The translations under genes and the position numbers were made by a program. Positions 1 to 10,575 of a stretch of 64,000 nucleotides of DNA are shown here, piece by piece. The notes beneath the pieces were generated by a model that had not been told where the DNA came from, ran no database searches, and saw only the letters and a list, made by a program, of their open reading frames with translations. Origin of the DNA: Podarcis filfolensis (Eukaryota); the NCBI GenBank assembly GCA_964270895.1, contig OZ185435.1; one strand, 5' to 3'. Positions within the stretch are counted from its first letter, which is position 1; each line of letters opens with the position of its first letter.

Positions 1-1929
1 TGCAGCCTCAACTTAAGATGGCTCCCCGGCCTGGCTTTGCACTTCAAAGTTTGCAGCAGCACGGGCAACAAAATGGCGTCCAGCATTCAAAAACCTCCTC
101 AGCTTGCATTAACTAGCCACACACAAGGCATGCAAGCTCCACCCCCCAGTCATTCTTAGACTTCTTATCGGGTGAGCAACACAGGCAAGCAACACAGTTG
201 GAGCCTCCCTCCTCCCTGGCCAGCAGGGAGAGGAGCTGCTTCCTTTGAAATTTAAGGGACATCATTTAAGGGACATGCATCAATAAGGAACAGCAGCGGG
301 ACATGGCGCTGGAATAAGGGACTGTCCCTTCAAATAAGGGACACTTGACAACTATGGCTTCCACTATTGCCACAATTTAGCTGAATCTGGCCCATTATCT
401 TAAATTTGTTGTGGAACCAGGTGCAGACAAAAATATATTTATATTTCGGAACAAGGAGCAGCTTCAGGAATTGCTTCAAGTATGTAAGACAGGCATGGGG
501 AACTTCCAGACTTGGGATCTAATCTGGCCACAAGGCTTTTTCATCTGACTCTTAGCTCTCTCCCTAAGCCCTCACCCCTTTCCCCCAGGTCATGCCTCTC
601 CTCCAACTGTCTCATTATGTTGTGAGCTGCCTATGCAGAAAGAGACCTCTTCTAACATGGCCAGCTTGCTCTGTTTATTTTCTGTGTGCTGAGAAAGAAG
701 CCCTCTCACTTTGTGTAGAACAGAAGAGCCCTTTCTCAATGTGCGTAAGCCGACGTCAGTAGAGGGTGTGTGGGTGTCTACATGATGCGAGTGTGTGTGA
801 GGGAGAATAGGGGACATGTTTGTTTTGGCCCTGCCCTCTTTTGACATGTGCCCCCAGACCATTTCCCCCCAAGGGAATTTAGCTCTGGTGGGGTGTGTGA
901 GAGAGTTCTCCACCCCTGATTTCAGAGCACAGGGTTGTCTGATCACATATTTTCGACCCTCACAATGCTTTAAATACTATTTTAAAATCGCAGCATTTTT
1001 TGACAACTAAAGCTGAAGATTTAGAGCCAGCCTTTTATATTTCCACAAGCATACCATGCAAGCCTTTTAGAAAAAATTAGATACACCCCTCTTGGCGAGA
1101 CACAGCCCTCCTTGCACAGCTATGGTATGCAGCTTTTCTGAAAATGGCTAAATATAAGAAGAGAATGAAAGAAATTCAGCTAGCAAGATTTCAATGCAAA
1201 TAGCCACTTGCTTTTTCCCTAAATGCGAACAGGCACATTTAAAAATTAGCCAGTGACCTTCAGCAAAAGACATTTCATCCATCTCGTGGACTGCATTATA
1301 TATAGATGCTTTGGTTTTAGTAGCACTGACAAATGCTCAGACTTAACTTTGTCTGCATCCAAGACCCAAAAGATTGTGGAATCAGTCGGCTCTGGAGAGT
1401 GTTACTTGGTGAAGGAAACTGAATTAAATACAAAAACAAAACAAAAAAAGCAATAGTTCACTAGTTCCTTTGGAAAATGTTACAATAGCAACTCTGACTG
1501 ACAGCTGGGAAAAAGCAGACAACAGCTGATCTGATCATGTGAGAGAATTCTGCTGGGACTGCCACTTATTTATTTCATTTATGAATCACTTCTCATAAAA
1601 CATCCCAAAGTGATTAATAATAAAACATAAACAATAAAAACCATGTCAAGTCAAATACAGACACAAACTGGGATAACCATTTTTAATTAAATGGCTTGCT
1701 GAAAAAGGAAGGTGTTCAATAGGTGCTGAAAATACAAGCTGGCAATAGACATATATAGACCACGAGGGAGTTCCAAAGGTACCAAGCTATAATGTGATTT
1801 ATATACTAGTATCAGCACCTTGAACTTAGCCCAGTAGCTAATTGGCAGCCAGTGCAATTGTTTTTAGCTACCAGGGCTACCCAGCCATGATGATCCTGAA
1901 CCCATTTATGCAATCCTATAAAGAGTCCC

Positions 1930-2029
1930 TGACCAAACTGCGGGAGGCAGTAGAAGACAGGAGTGCCTGGCGTGCTCTGGTCCATGGGGTCACGAAGAGT
2001 CGGACACGACTAAACGACTAAACAACAAC
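1930..2029 (+). mobile_element. 5'-truncated Bov-B (RTE) LINE 3' end
   Basis: GTCCATGGGGTCACGAAGAGTCGGACACGACTAAACGACTAAACAACAAC tail. 12-bp TSD ATAAAGAGTCCC at 1918-1929 and 2030-2041. Confidence 0.9.
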
Positions 2030-2803
2030 ATAAAGAGTCCCAGATAGGTGAAGTTAAGATTGCAGTCTTAGTTATTTAAGGCTGGATTCAACTACATAGA
2101 TGTGCTAGCAGGATGCAAAACATACATCCAAGACACATACAAAAACATTTTGTTAAGGGCCCCAACTTATTTTAACTAACAGGCAATAACAGATTTATCT
2201 CCTGTGAATCTGTCTAATCCTCTTTTGAATCCATTGAGGTAAGGAGTGATTACCACCTCTTGAGGCAAAGAATTCCATAAATTAGGCTGCAATCCTAGCC
2301 ACACTTTCCTGGGAATAATCCCCATTGTATTCAGCTGACTCAAAGGGGACTGGGGTTAGTATTCTGCTGTTGCTTCTGTTCTCAATTCCAGCTTCTCCAC
2401 CCCCTGCAAAATTGTTTGAACCTCCATCCTGTTCCTCACACTTAGCTGCCCTGAAAAGCAAAAGAAAACATCCAAACTCTGTAGCCTTTCCTCCATAAAG
2501 TACTGCAGGCCCTTTTCCAGCTTGGCAATATCCTTTTCGAGATATACCCAATATTCTGGGTATATGCCGTACGTAGGATCATCGGAGGCATAAAGGTGGA
2601 AGTCATAAAGTAGCCTCTTGAGCTCTGCAAACATTTGTGTAAAAAAAGCAAAACCCAACAACCACAACAACTTGCAATTCAGACTCCAGCTCGATTAGAG
2701 TGCATCTTATGATATTAGGAACTATTAAGAGCTGCCTACAAACAACGGAAAAAGTTGTTGCTTCCATGTCCAGTAAGGGAAAGCTTGCTGGATTTGTGTC
2801 AGT

Positions 2804-2818
2804 CTGCCATCTAGTGGA
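2804..2818 (-). promoter_or_regulatory. CTCF-like motif (minus strand TCCACTAGATGGCAG)
   Basis: Fits the CCACYAGRKGGCAG core. Confidence 0.5.
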
Positions 2819-3591
2819 GCCGATCTAGTACAAAGCCTGAAGGATGATCTTAAAAAAACAAACCTGTGGAGAGCCAAGAATTCACTTATGTTGAGTCTCT
2901 TAAAAGTCCCTCAAACTTGCCACTTTATGCTTTTTGATAGGGATAAGTGCTTTCCAAAGATTTGTGTGTATTAAGCAAAACGGCATCAGAAATGTTTGTA
3001 TATGTCCTGTCATGGACATAATAAAAAAATTATGCTTGTATAAGCAGATATTGGCACTCAATTGCTAATGAATTTTAATTATTTAAAAAACAAGAACAAA
3101 TAATAAATGATATGGAATTGTGGGGAAGTGAGTTTAAGACTGTAAAAATGAGACTCTGTGAGAAACCTTACATTTCAGCTAAAGTCTGGGTGAATAATCA
3201 AGCTTTTGCCTCATACCAAAAGCTCAGTGTTAATCACATTTCAGATAGTTTAAATGTACCACACACCTATCCCGGCACAGATTGAGAACTGCATAGAAGC
3301 AGAAGGGTGAAAGATGTACAGTACTGTATTCAGAAAAGCATGCAGTGCCAGCAGTTACTTTTCAGGTAATCCTAAGTATTACTCAAGCATTATAAGTCTT
3401 ACAACAAAAGAAATACTGAATGCAGACTTCCAGTCCTCTGTATTTGTCCTTTAGGATTCTCCCCAAGGTATCCCCTTCTCTCACCAGGTCATGACCCTCA
3501 TAGGGCCTGCTCAGCATCCCTCTTGAATGCTTTTGCCTTCCTGGAACGTGTCCTTGAACCGAGCTCCATTCTATAAATTGGAAGCACACGT

Positions 3592-3615
3592 GCACACACA
3601 CACACACACACACAC
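3592..3615. repeat. (CA)n microsatellite
   Basis: Directly visible. Confidence 0.95.
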
Positions 3616-3699
3616 CTGTCACCATCACGTACACATCTATTCTGGGATGGAGTTTAATACCCTGAAACTAGCTGTGTCTGCTCACGTGGCGTGTGGGGA

Positions 3700-5350
3700 A
3701 TTCCTAGTCTACTCATTGTAAAACACTGGAATTCCCGGCGTCCAGGTCTACCCATTAAGCAAGCGAGCGGGGTGGGAAGAAGAGAGATGCTTGGCAAGGG
3801 AGCAAGGCTCCCAAATGGTTGAGATTGTGAGAACGGACTGAATTGGCGACTGAGAGAACGGACTGTAAGCTCTGTTCCATTCAGTCAAAGCAAACTCCTG
3901 CGCTCAGCGTGCTTTTAACTAAGTCCATGCCTCTTGTACCAGGCTCCGGCTTGGGGGCGGTCTCTTAAAAAAAAGGAGCAACATGGGCGTAGCTGCCCCC
4001 CATCAATAAAAACACATATCAAACTGAGGTTCTGCACCCCCCCCAAGAATCCTGGCTACGCCCATGAGGAGGAAGAAGGGCGCAGACCACGCCAGCCTAC
4101 CACCTCTCGCAGGTACTACATGGCAGGTGTGGAAAACCTTTGGCTGTATGCTGATGAACTACACCTTCCATCAACGCGGGCCGTTGGCCACGCTTCCCGG
4201 GGCTGATGGGAGTTGTAGTTCCACAACATCCGGCTCCCCTCCGCCTTCGGTACGCCGAGGCGTCAAATAGCGCAAGCGGCTTCCTTCCCCCATGATTAAC
4301 CATCCTTTCAACTTGTGGGCGTTTTCCTTGCTGCCCCTTTTTTTCCGCCTTCGTTCCCAGCATCCTCTTCACTCGCTCTTCGCTCAAGTTCTCGTATGTT
4401 TGTTGGCTTAACCCTTCGCGCGCCGCTGTCCCCCGCCCCCTTTATCGTACTGTGCCGCGAATTCCTTCCTTCCTTCCTTTTCCCAGCAGCCCTTGCGCCA
4501 TCGCGCTTTCCCGGTTGGCCCCGCCTCCACCCTTTACTGAGGAAGACAAGAGTTGTGGGGCGGTTGGGCCGCCATTTTGTTCCTCGGAACTAGGCAGGAG
4601 CGGCACGCAGGGGGCAATTTGGTGGGCTGCCTGGCCGGCCGGCTAGCTTGCTAGGTGTGCGGGGGTTTGGGGAGGGGGAGGAGGAAAGAGGCGTGGGTCA
4701 AGTGCACACATTAAATACCCGAGGCCGCTTCTTCCCACCCCCTTCGGGGGCCTGTTTTAGCCTGCCATGTCTGGAGAAGCTCCCGCCGGCGACCAGGTGA
4801 GCGACCAGGGCCCTCCCGAGCTGAGCCAGTCTCACTTGGCGGGGGACTTGTTTCGAGGGCGGGGGGAATAGGGTTGGGCCTGGTAGGACGACCGAGGCCT
4901 GGAAGAGGTGAAAATGGCGATTTTCAGGGTGGTTCGGGGTCGGGCCTGTGTAACGTGCGCGCCTTTGTGCTGCGGCCTCTTCTCAGTTTTCAGCCCCGCT
5001 CCCCCAGTTCGTAGAGCCTGTTGAGTTTCAGAATTTAATATTTCCCCATCTTCCAACTCGCCCCAGTTATTTCTCCCCATTCAACTCAGTAGCTGGCTGG
5101 AACCATGACCGAAAATGCTTGTTTAGAACCCAGCCTTTTCGAGGTCCCTGTGCCCGGTAAGGGTATTTAAGATTGATATTTATCCTAGTATTAAGGCCTT
5201 AATTTAAAGCTGATCCAGTGTGCACTTAGTCGGGAGCAAGCTCCGCTTTGTTCAGCGGCCCTTACGAGAATGTGTAAAGCGTTGAGGCCTTAATGTATTT
5301 TCCCTCGTGGACTTAATTGCTCGGACGCTGAGGGGGCGTCTTTCCATTCA
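3700..5350. promoter_or_regulatory. CpG island / probable bidirectional promoter of CSTF3 (boundaries approximate)
   Basis: GC- and CpG-rich segment in AT-rich surroundings. It contains exon 1, GC boxes and YY1 motifs GCCGCCATTTTG (4568-4579) and AAAATGGCG (4911-4919). Confidence 0.85.
4767..4796 (+). CDS. CSTF3: CSTF3 coding exon 1 (MSGEAPAGDQ)
   Basis: GCCATGT start context and CAG|GTGAGC donor. Resembles human MSGDGATEQ plus one codon. Phase 0. Confidence 0.9.
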
Positions 5351-7006
5351 GATTTCCATGTATGAGATAATAGGCGAATGCTTACAACTTTATATTACTA
5401 GAACGCAGGAAAGCGTTATTTAACGCACTGAGGTTTCATGAAAATGGGTTTAAAGGTTTGTACAGGTTTTGTTTTAGGAATAAACTGTTGAGTTCTATGT
5501 ACCCGATTTTGTGTATTCAAAGTAAAGTGAGTGTGGATGTGCTCAAAAGTTGAATGAAACTGCTTTAAAATTTATTTTTAATAAAAGAGTTTAATATTAC
5601 AGAAATATTATATTATGGTGTGCTTTGTGAAAGAGACTACTTTTGTGTGTGGGGGGGGGTACCTTTAAGGTTAGAATTGTATCCAAGGTAGACATATACT
5701 GAAGGCACTAGCCAGAATCCAAACATCACATGCACTGAAGTTGTGAGGCCAGTTTGTGTTTCTTAAAACAGAAGCTGCCTCCCAACTGTGTGGCAAATTA
5801 CTGTTGAGGTTAGAAACATAATATACGATATAAAACAAATAGAACACAGCTTTTCAAGTGAAGGAGGTTCCACAAGCCCTTTAGCTTATTTTTATTTATT
5901 AATTTGCAGATCACAAAACAAACATAACTCTGCTTTTAAAGTTAGGATTGCAGTTAATAATTCCTTCAATACATTTTAAATAACATATGCCACTGGTTTC
6001 TGTGGAACCAAGTGGATGCCAAGGATTGCTTCCTGTTGGATTTATTTCTGGGTGCTGAGTAGAGTTTAAATCTCAGGTGATCAGATATAAAAGTTTTGTA
6101 TGTGCATATGGATAGTCCTTCCTGAATGCTTCCTTTTTTGCCAGCTGGGGAAAAACTAAATCTTTCTCCACCAGCTATTCTGCCTGTGAATTTTTGCTTA
6201 TGTTCCTTCTTGTTAGTAGTGCTCTTTGGTTGGGTTTGGGTACATCAAGGTAATATTGGACATGGCAGGCTAAATTTCACTAACCAGTCTAGTCTCCTAT
6301 AGGAGGAAGTAAATTATTTTGGCAGAATGTATGAAACCAGGATGGTAGATGGTACTATAGTTTGCTTTGCTTCTGCGAAGGTGACAGAGTTTCTGGAGAG
6401 GCATACCTGCTCTTATATGATACAAACATAAGAAGAACCCTCCTGTTACTTGAAAGTCCATTGCATTTCCCACAGAACATACTGCCTCCAAACTGGAAGG
6501 ATCCCTGGTTTTCACTTACTGTTGCAACAAATAAAAACAAATCCAAGTATCTTTGGATGCAGTAGTCTGGATGAAGGATTGTTGGGGGGGGGAGAGATTA
6601 TCTTTTAAGCCCTCCGACCCTCATTTTATCAAACCTGCTGCCTCAGTAGTACAAGCTGAGAACTGAAGCTGGAGACATGGCTTAGACTCCTGTATATCCA
6701 CTGCTGCAGCCTGGATAACAGAAGGAGCTATGTTGGGATGTCTTCCTGTTGTGCAGTTATTTATTCCAGCCACAGTTGTTGGTTTTTTTTTTATTTCACT
6801 AGCATGGGAGGGGTAGGCCTCGTGATTAAGCAGGGGCAGGAGTGAAGTTGAGTATAACTTGAACATTCTCAAAACCATTCAAGGAATAAATGTGTGCATA
6901 CACCAAATATTGGAGCACACTGTTGCTTTTGCTTTAAGAGACAGAAGTTGCCAACAAAAGCGTTGGAAGACAATTTCAAATCTTGTTGAAGTTCTTTTCT
7001 GTAGAG

Positions 7007-7190
7007 CAGAGCTTTCCAAACTTTGCACATTGGTGACACACTTTTTAAACATGCATCATTTCGCGACACAGTAATTCAATTTTACTAGCAAACCAGAGGT
7101 TAAACTAATCCCTTATAAGAGTGATTGCATAACACACCTACACACTGCAGCCGACACACGTAATTTTTCGTGACAGTTTGGAAAGCTCTG
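7007..7190. mobile_element. hAT-type MITE
   Basis: Perfect 16-bp TIR CAGAGCTTTCCAAACT. 8-bp TSD CTGTAGAG/CTGTAAAA (6/8). Confidence 0.85.
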
Positions 7191-10079
7191 CTGTAAAAAT
7201 ACAGGCAACTGTTTAAAATCCATGGTCATAGTATCACAGGCTTGGGAAACTGAAGTGAAACGGTAGTTGCTAGCAATACCTTTACATGGAAAAGGATTCC
7301 AAATGTCTTGGTTGTATTTCAGTTTAGGAAGAACAAAGTTAAGAATAATTATATGAAGATGCATGTCCTACTGAGTCCAGTGGAACTTCCTTGCTAATAA
7401 ATGTGCAAATGATTTTAGTTTCTGCAGAATTTATAATAAAAAGGAGAACTTATCAGGCTATCTGTCTCAGAACTTGCATGATTGTGGAATCTGCTTAATA
7501 TAAACATAAACACTACAGTTTTGTCTAATCCAAAGCAATGTTCACCGGCCAAAAACTGTTCATGTATGTTGGATAGCATGTTTGCTACATAGGCCTCAGG
7601 CTCATAATCTCCATGGTAGGTCTGCCATAAATCAGCGCAATAAGGCAAACATGCACTGGTGTTCCAGCATAGGTATTCTTAGCACTATATGTGGTTTCAC
7701 ATATCACTCTGGGTTGAACGGTCCATTGAAATGAAAGTTCTCTATCTAGGCTAGAATTTGGACAGGTGTCCTTCCCCACCATCTATGGGCTCACATCAAG
7801 GGGCATGGCTCCTGACTTCAGACTCAATTCAGCCAGAGTGGATCACTCATGGGAATGCATGGGAGTTTGGGATGCATTCTACAGTACAGTTCATGTAAGG
7901 CAGTGGCAACAGCCCACAGACCTCAATGTTAATTGAGTTTGCATCTTTGACTATTGCCTGAATCCTCTGCAATGTGCATAGGTTCCTTGACAGACAATAA
8001 ATGAGGAAAGACTTAGGTGAAGATTGCCACTCTGTAACCGAGTGGTTTTCAAACTTTTTAATATGGTCCCACAGGCAAATGTAAGGAGTATTAGTATACA
8101 TCACACTTTATCAGTGCTCTGCTCTCCTCCTCCCTGCTTATGACCAGTTCAACGGTACAACATCAGAGGAAAGAAGGAAGGCAGTAAATGGCTCATTCAC
8201 TGGTTTTCACTGCCATCAAATAAATGTTGTTAATTGATCTTACAGCAAAGCACAGTCATTTTTTACCTCATTCATTCCCACATAAATTTTAAGAATGGTA
8301 ACACTCGATATAATTTTTGTCACCTGGCTGGGTTTAACATTTTGCATTTTCATCAGCTGTAATACATTTATGACTTGTTTAAAACTCAATTCTTGAGCCT
8401 GTGTTTGAATACTATCCGTTCTCTCAACCCAGCAGGAACAGTTAACCAGTCAAGGAAGGTTTCATAATGTGCTTAGTTAAGGTAGATTAATGTAAGAACA
8501 TGCTATGTGTACCATTTCCTTATTGTGTTGTTCCAGACAGCTAATTTCATCAGTCCCAGTATGTGCTGCTCCCATTTCTAAGGAAATGGAGAATTGCATA
8601 AAATATCTGAAGCTCAGAAATTACACAAGAAGTTTTATGACTGCATCTTTTTGTTAATTGTATAACTGTCCCTTCTCTACTATATACTGAATCAGTTGGT
8701 TCATTGAAGCTTCATATTTCAGACACACCCACTTCTACTTCTCACATATTCCCCAGTTTGGAAAATGTCTGTGCGTGCATTCTTGGTTGCTTAACCTTGT
8801 TCTATTTTACTACAGTGTTCATTAACCAGGACAGTAGACAGGGAGCTGTCTTTCTTGACTGAGAAGAAAGACAAATAGTGAATGTCCAAGTAGTTTTGTA
8901 GAATGAATACAAAGGCAGTCCTCCAGCCACACATGTATTGCAATGGGAGGCAGCAATGTGCAGCTGAGATTGAGAACTCATATCTCTTGATCACTTTCTT
9001 AGGCTTGGAAGGGCAGATAGAGATTTGTTCTTTCATAATAAGTAGCTTACAGCACCTCTTTCAGTGAGATTCTTTTGCTTCATGCTATTCACACTTAAAT
9101 TATCATAGGGTTGATTGATTTAAATTGCAAAAAAGACCAATTTAAATCATAGATGTAAATTGTTTCTCATTTTTGGTATTCATATATTTCCTGTGCAATC
9201 ATGCATGTTTACTGGGTGCTGTAACCATTGAAATGCATTGATTTGTTCTTAGCTTTCTAGGTGCCAGTTAAAGATGGTAGTTCCTAGGGAAAGGTGATAG
9301 AAAGTAAATGTTCATGTTCAATAAAGAATAAATATTCATAACTAAAGAACTGAAAAAAATGCAAACTGAAATAGTGGGACGCATAATAGAGATACAAGAG
9401 CATGTAGTGGATGATTAAATTGGGATTCATTATGACAACTCTTGAATTCTAGTACACCTAACAACTTGCTATACTGGGTCCATTAGGAAATCCACAGTTA
9501 TAAATATACAGTACTTTTAATATAATACAACACTATTAATCTGTTATTATTATTATAATCTGTCTATCCTCAGTGGACCCCTCCCAGTGCTTTATCTTTT
9601 ATTCATTTTTTAAGGACCTTGAATTTTGTTTTTGATAGTTGGTCATGATTCAGTTTTCGGAGTAAGTGTAGACATATGGGTGTTAAATCAAATTTCTTTT
9701 TAGGCAGGTTATTATTTTTTTAAGCCACATGTTACAAATAACGTTTAATTAGAATTATTTTACCCACCCTGCACTGTTCAGCTCCACATGTCACATGCCT
9801 CTCCCCATGAAGTTTGTCATGCCTGTCATCTTTTTTTCTTTCTTACTACAAATCTGAAAATGAAATGCAGGTTCCTTAGTCAGAGAGTGCTGTAATAAGG
9901 ATTGCATGTTAGATCATGCATTTTCATTTGTAGCCCATAGGCATGTGAATATAGGAGAGGCCCTGCTTGTAGTCCCACCCTTGACATTACTACCACTTTC
10001 TGTAACAGCTGTATGGTGTTTGTTTGTAGAGGAATTTCAGTGTGAAAGTACCTGATTTTGTGACTCTGCACAATTGGGA

Positions 10080-10575
10080 TACCCACACAATTATCAGATT
10101 ACTGTAACGTACTCTAGGTTGGACTGAAAATGGTTTGAAAGCTGCAACTGGTTCAGACCATTGCTGCCACAGTTTTGACTAGTTCAGCCAAGTAGAACAA
10201 TGTAACACCAGTCTGCACTGGCTGCCTATATGCCACCAAGCCCTATTCAAGGTGGTTGTGTTATTTATTCTGGATGGCAGCTAGTGTTGTGCCAATAGAC
10301 CTCTGCTCAGACAACAGGACTTCACTTTCCATTGCTGTTCTGTACAGCCACAGACAGCATTGGGTAACAAACCTTTCCCTTCAACTTGAAGGTTCCCAAG
10401 GCAGCTGCAACATTTCATCCTACCTGGGCTGCAAGATCTACTGGAGATGCCCTTGCTATTCCATGTAGAGTCCTATGGGAGAGGGCCTTTAGAATGAATG
10501 CCCTGCCACAAAATTGCAATTGACACCAACTCTGCTTTGTTTTAGATGCTAATTAATACTTTTTCATCCAGGGCT
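10080..10575 (+). mobile_element. Decayed L2 LINE ORF2 3' fragment
   Basis: Relics of SRLD, LQLVQ..AA..LT, TPV..HWLPI and FKV motifs typical of the L2 ORF2 C-terminal part. Confidence 0.7.

Noticed and set aside
3829-3865. GAGAACGGACTG direct repeat x2
   Set aside because: A small local duplication with no spacer array or element structure. Not CRISPR-like.
3934-5080. ORFs across the CpG island
   Set aside because: Stop-poor GC-rich sequence. Only the 30-nt exon 1 matches CstF-77.
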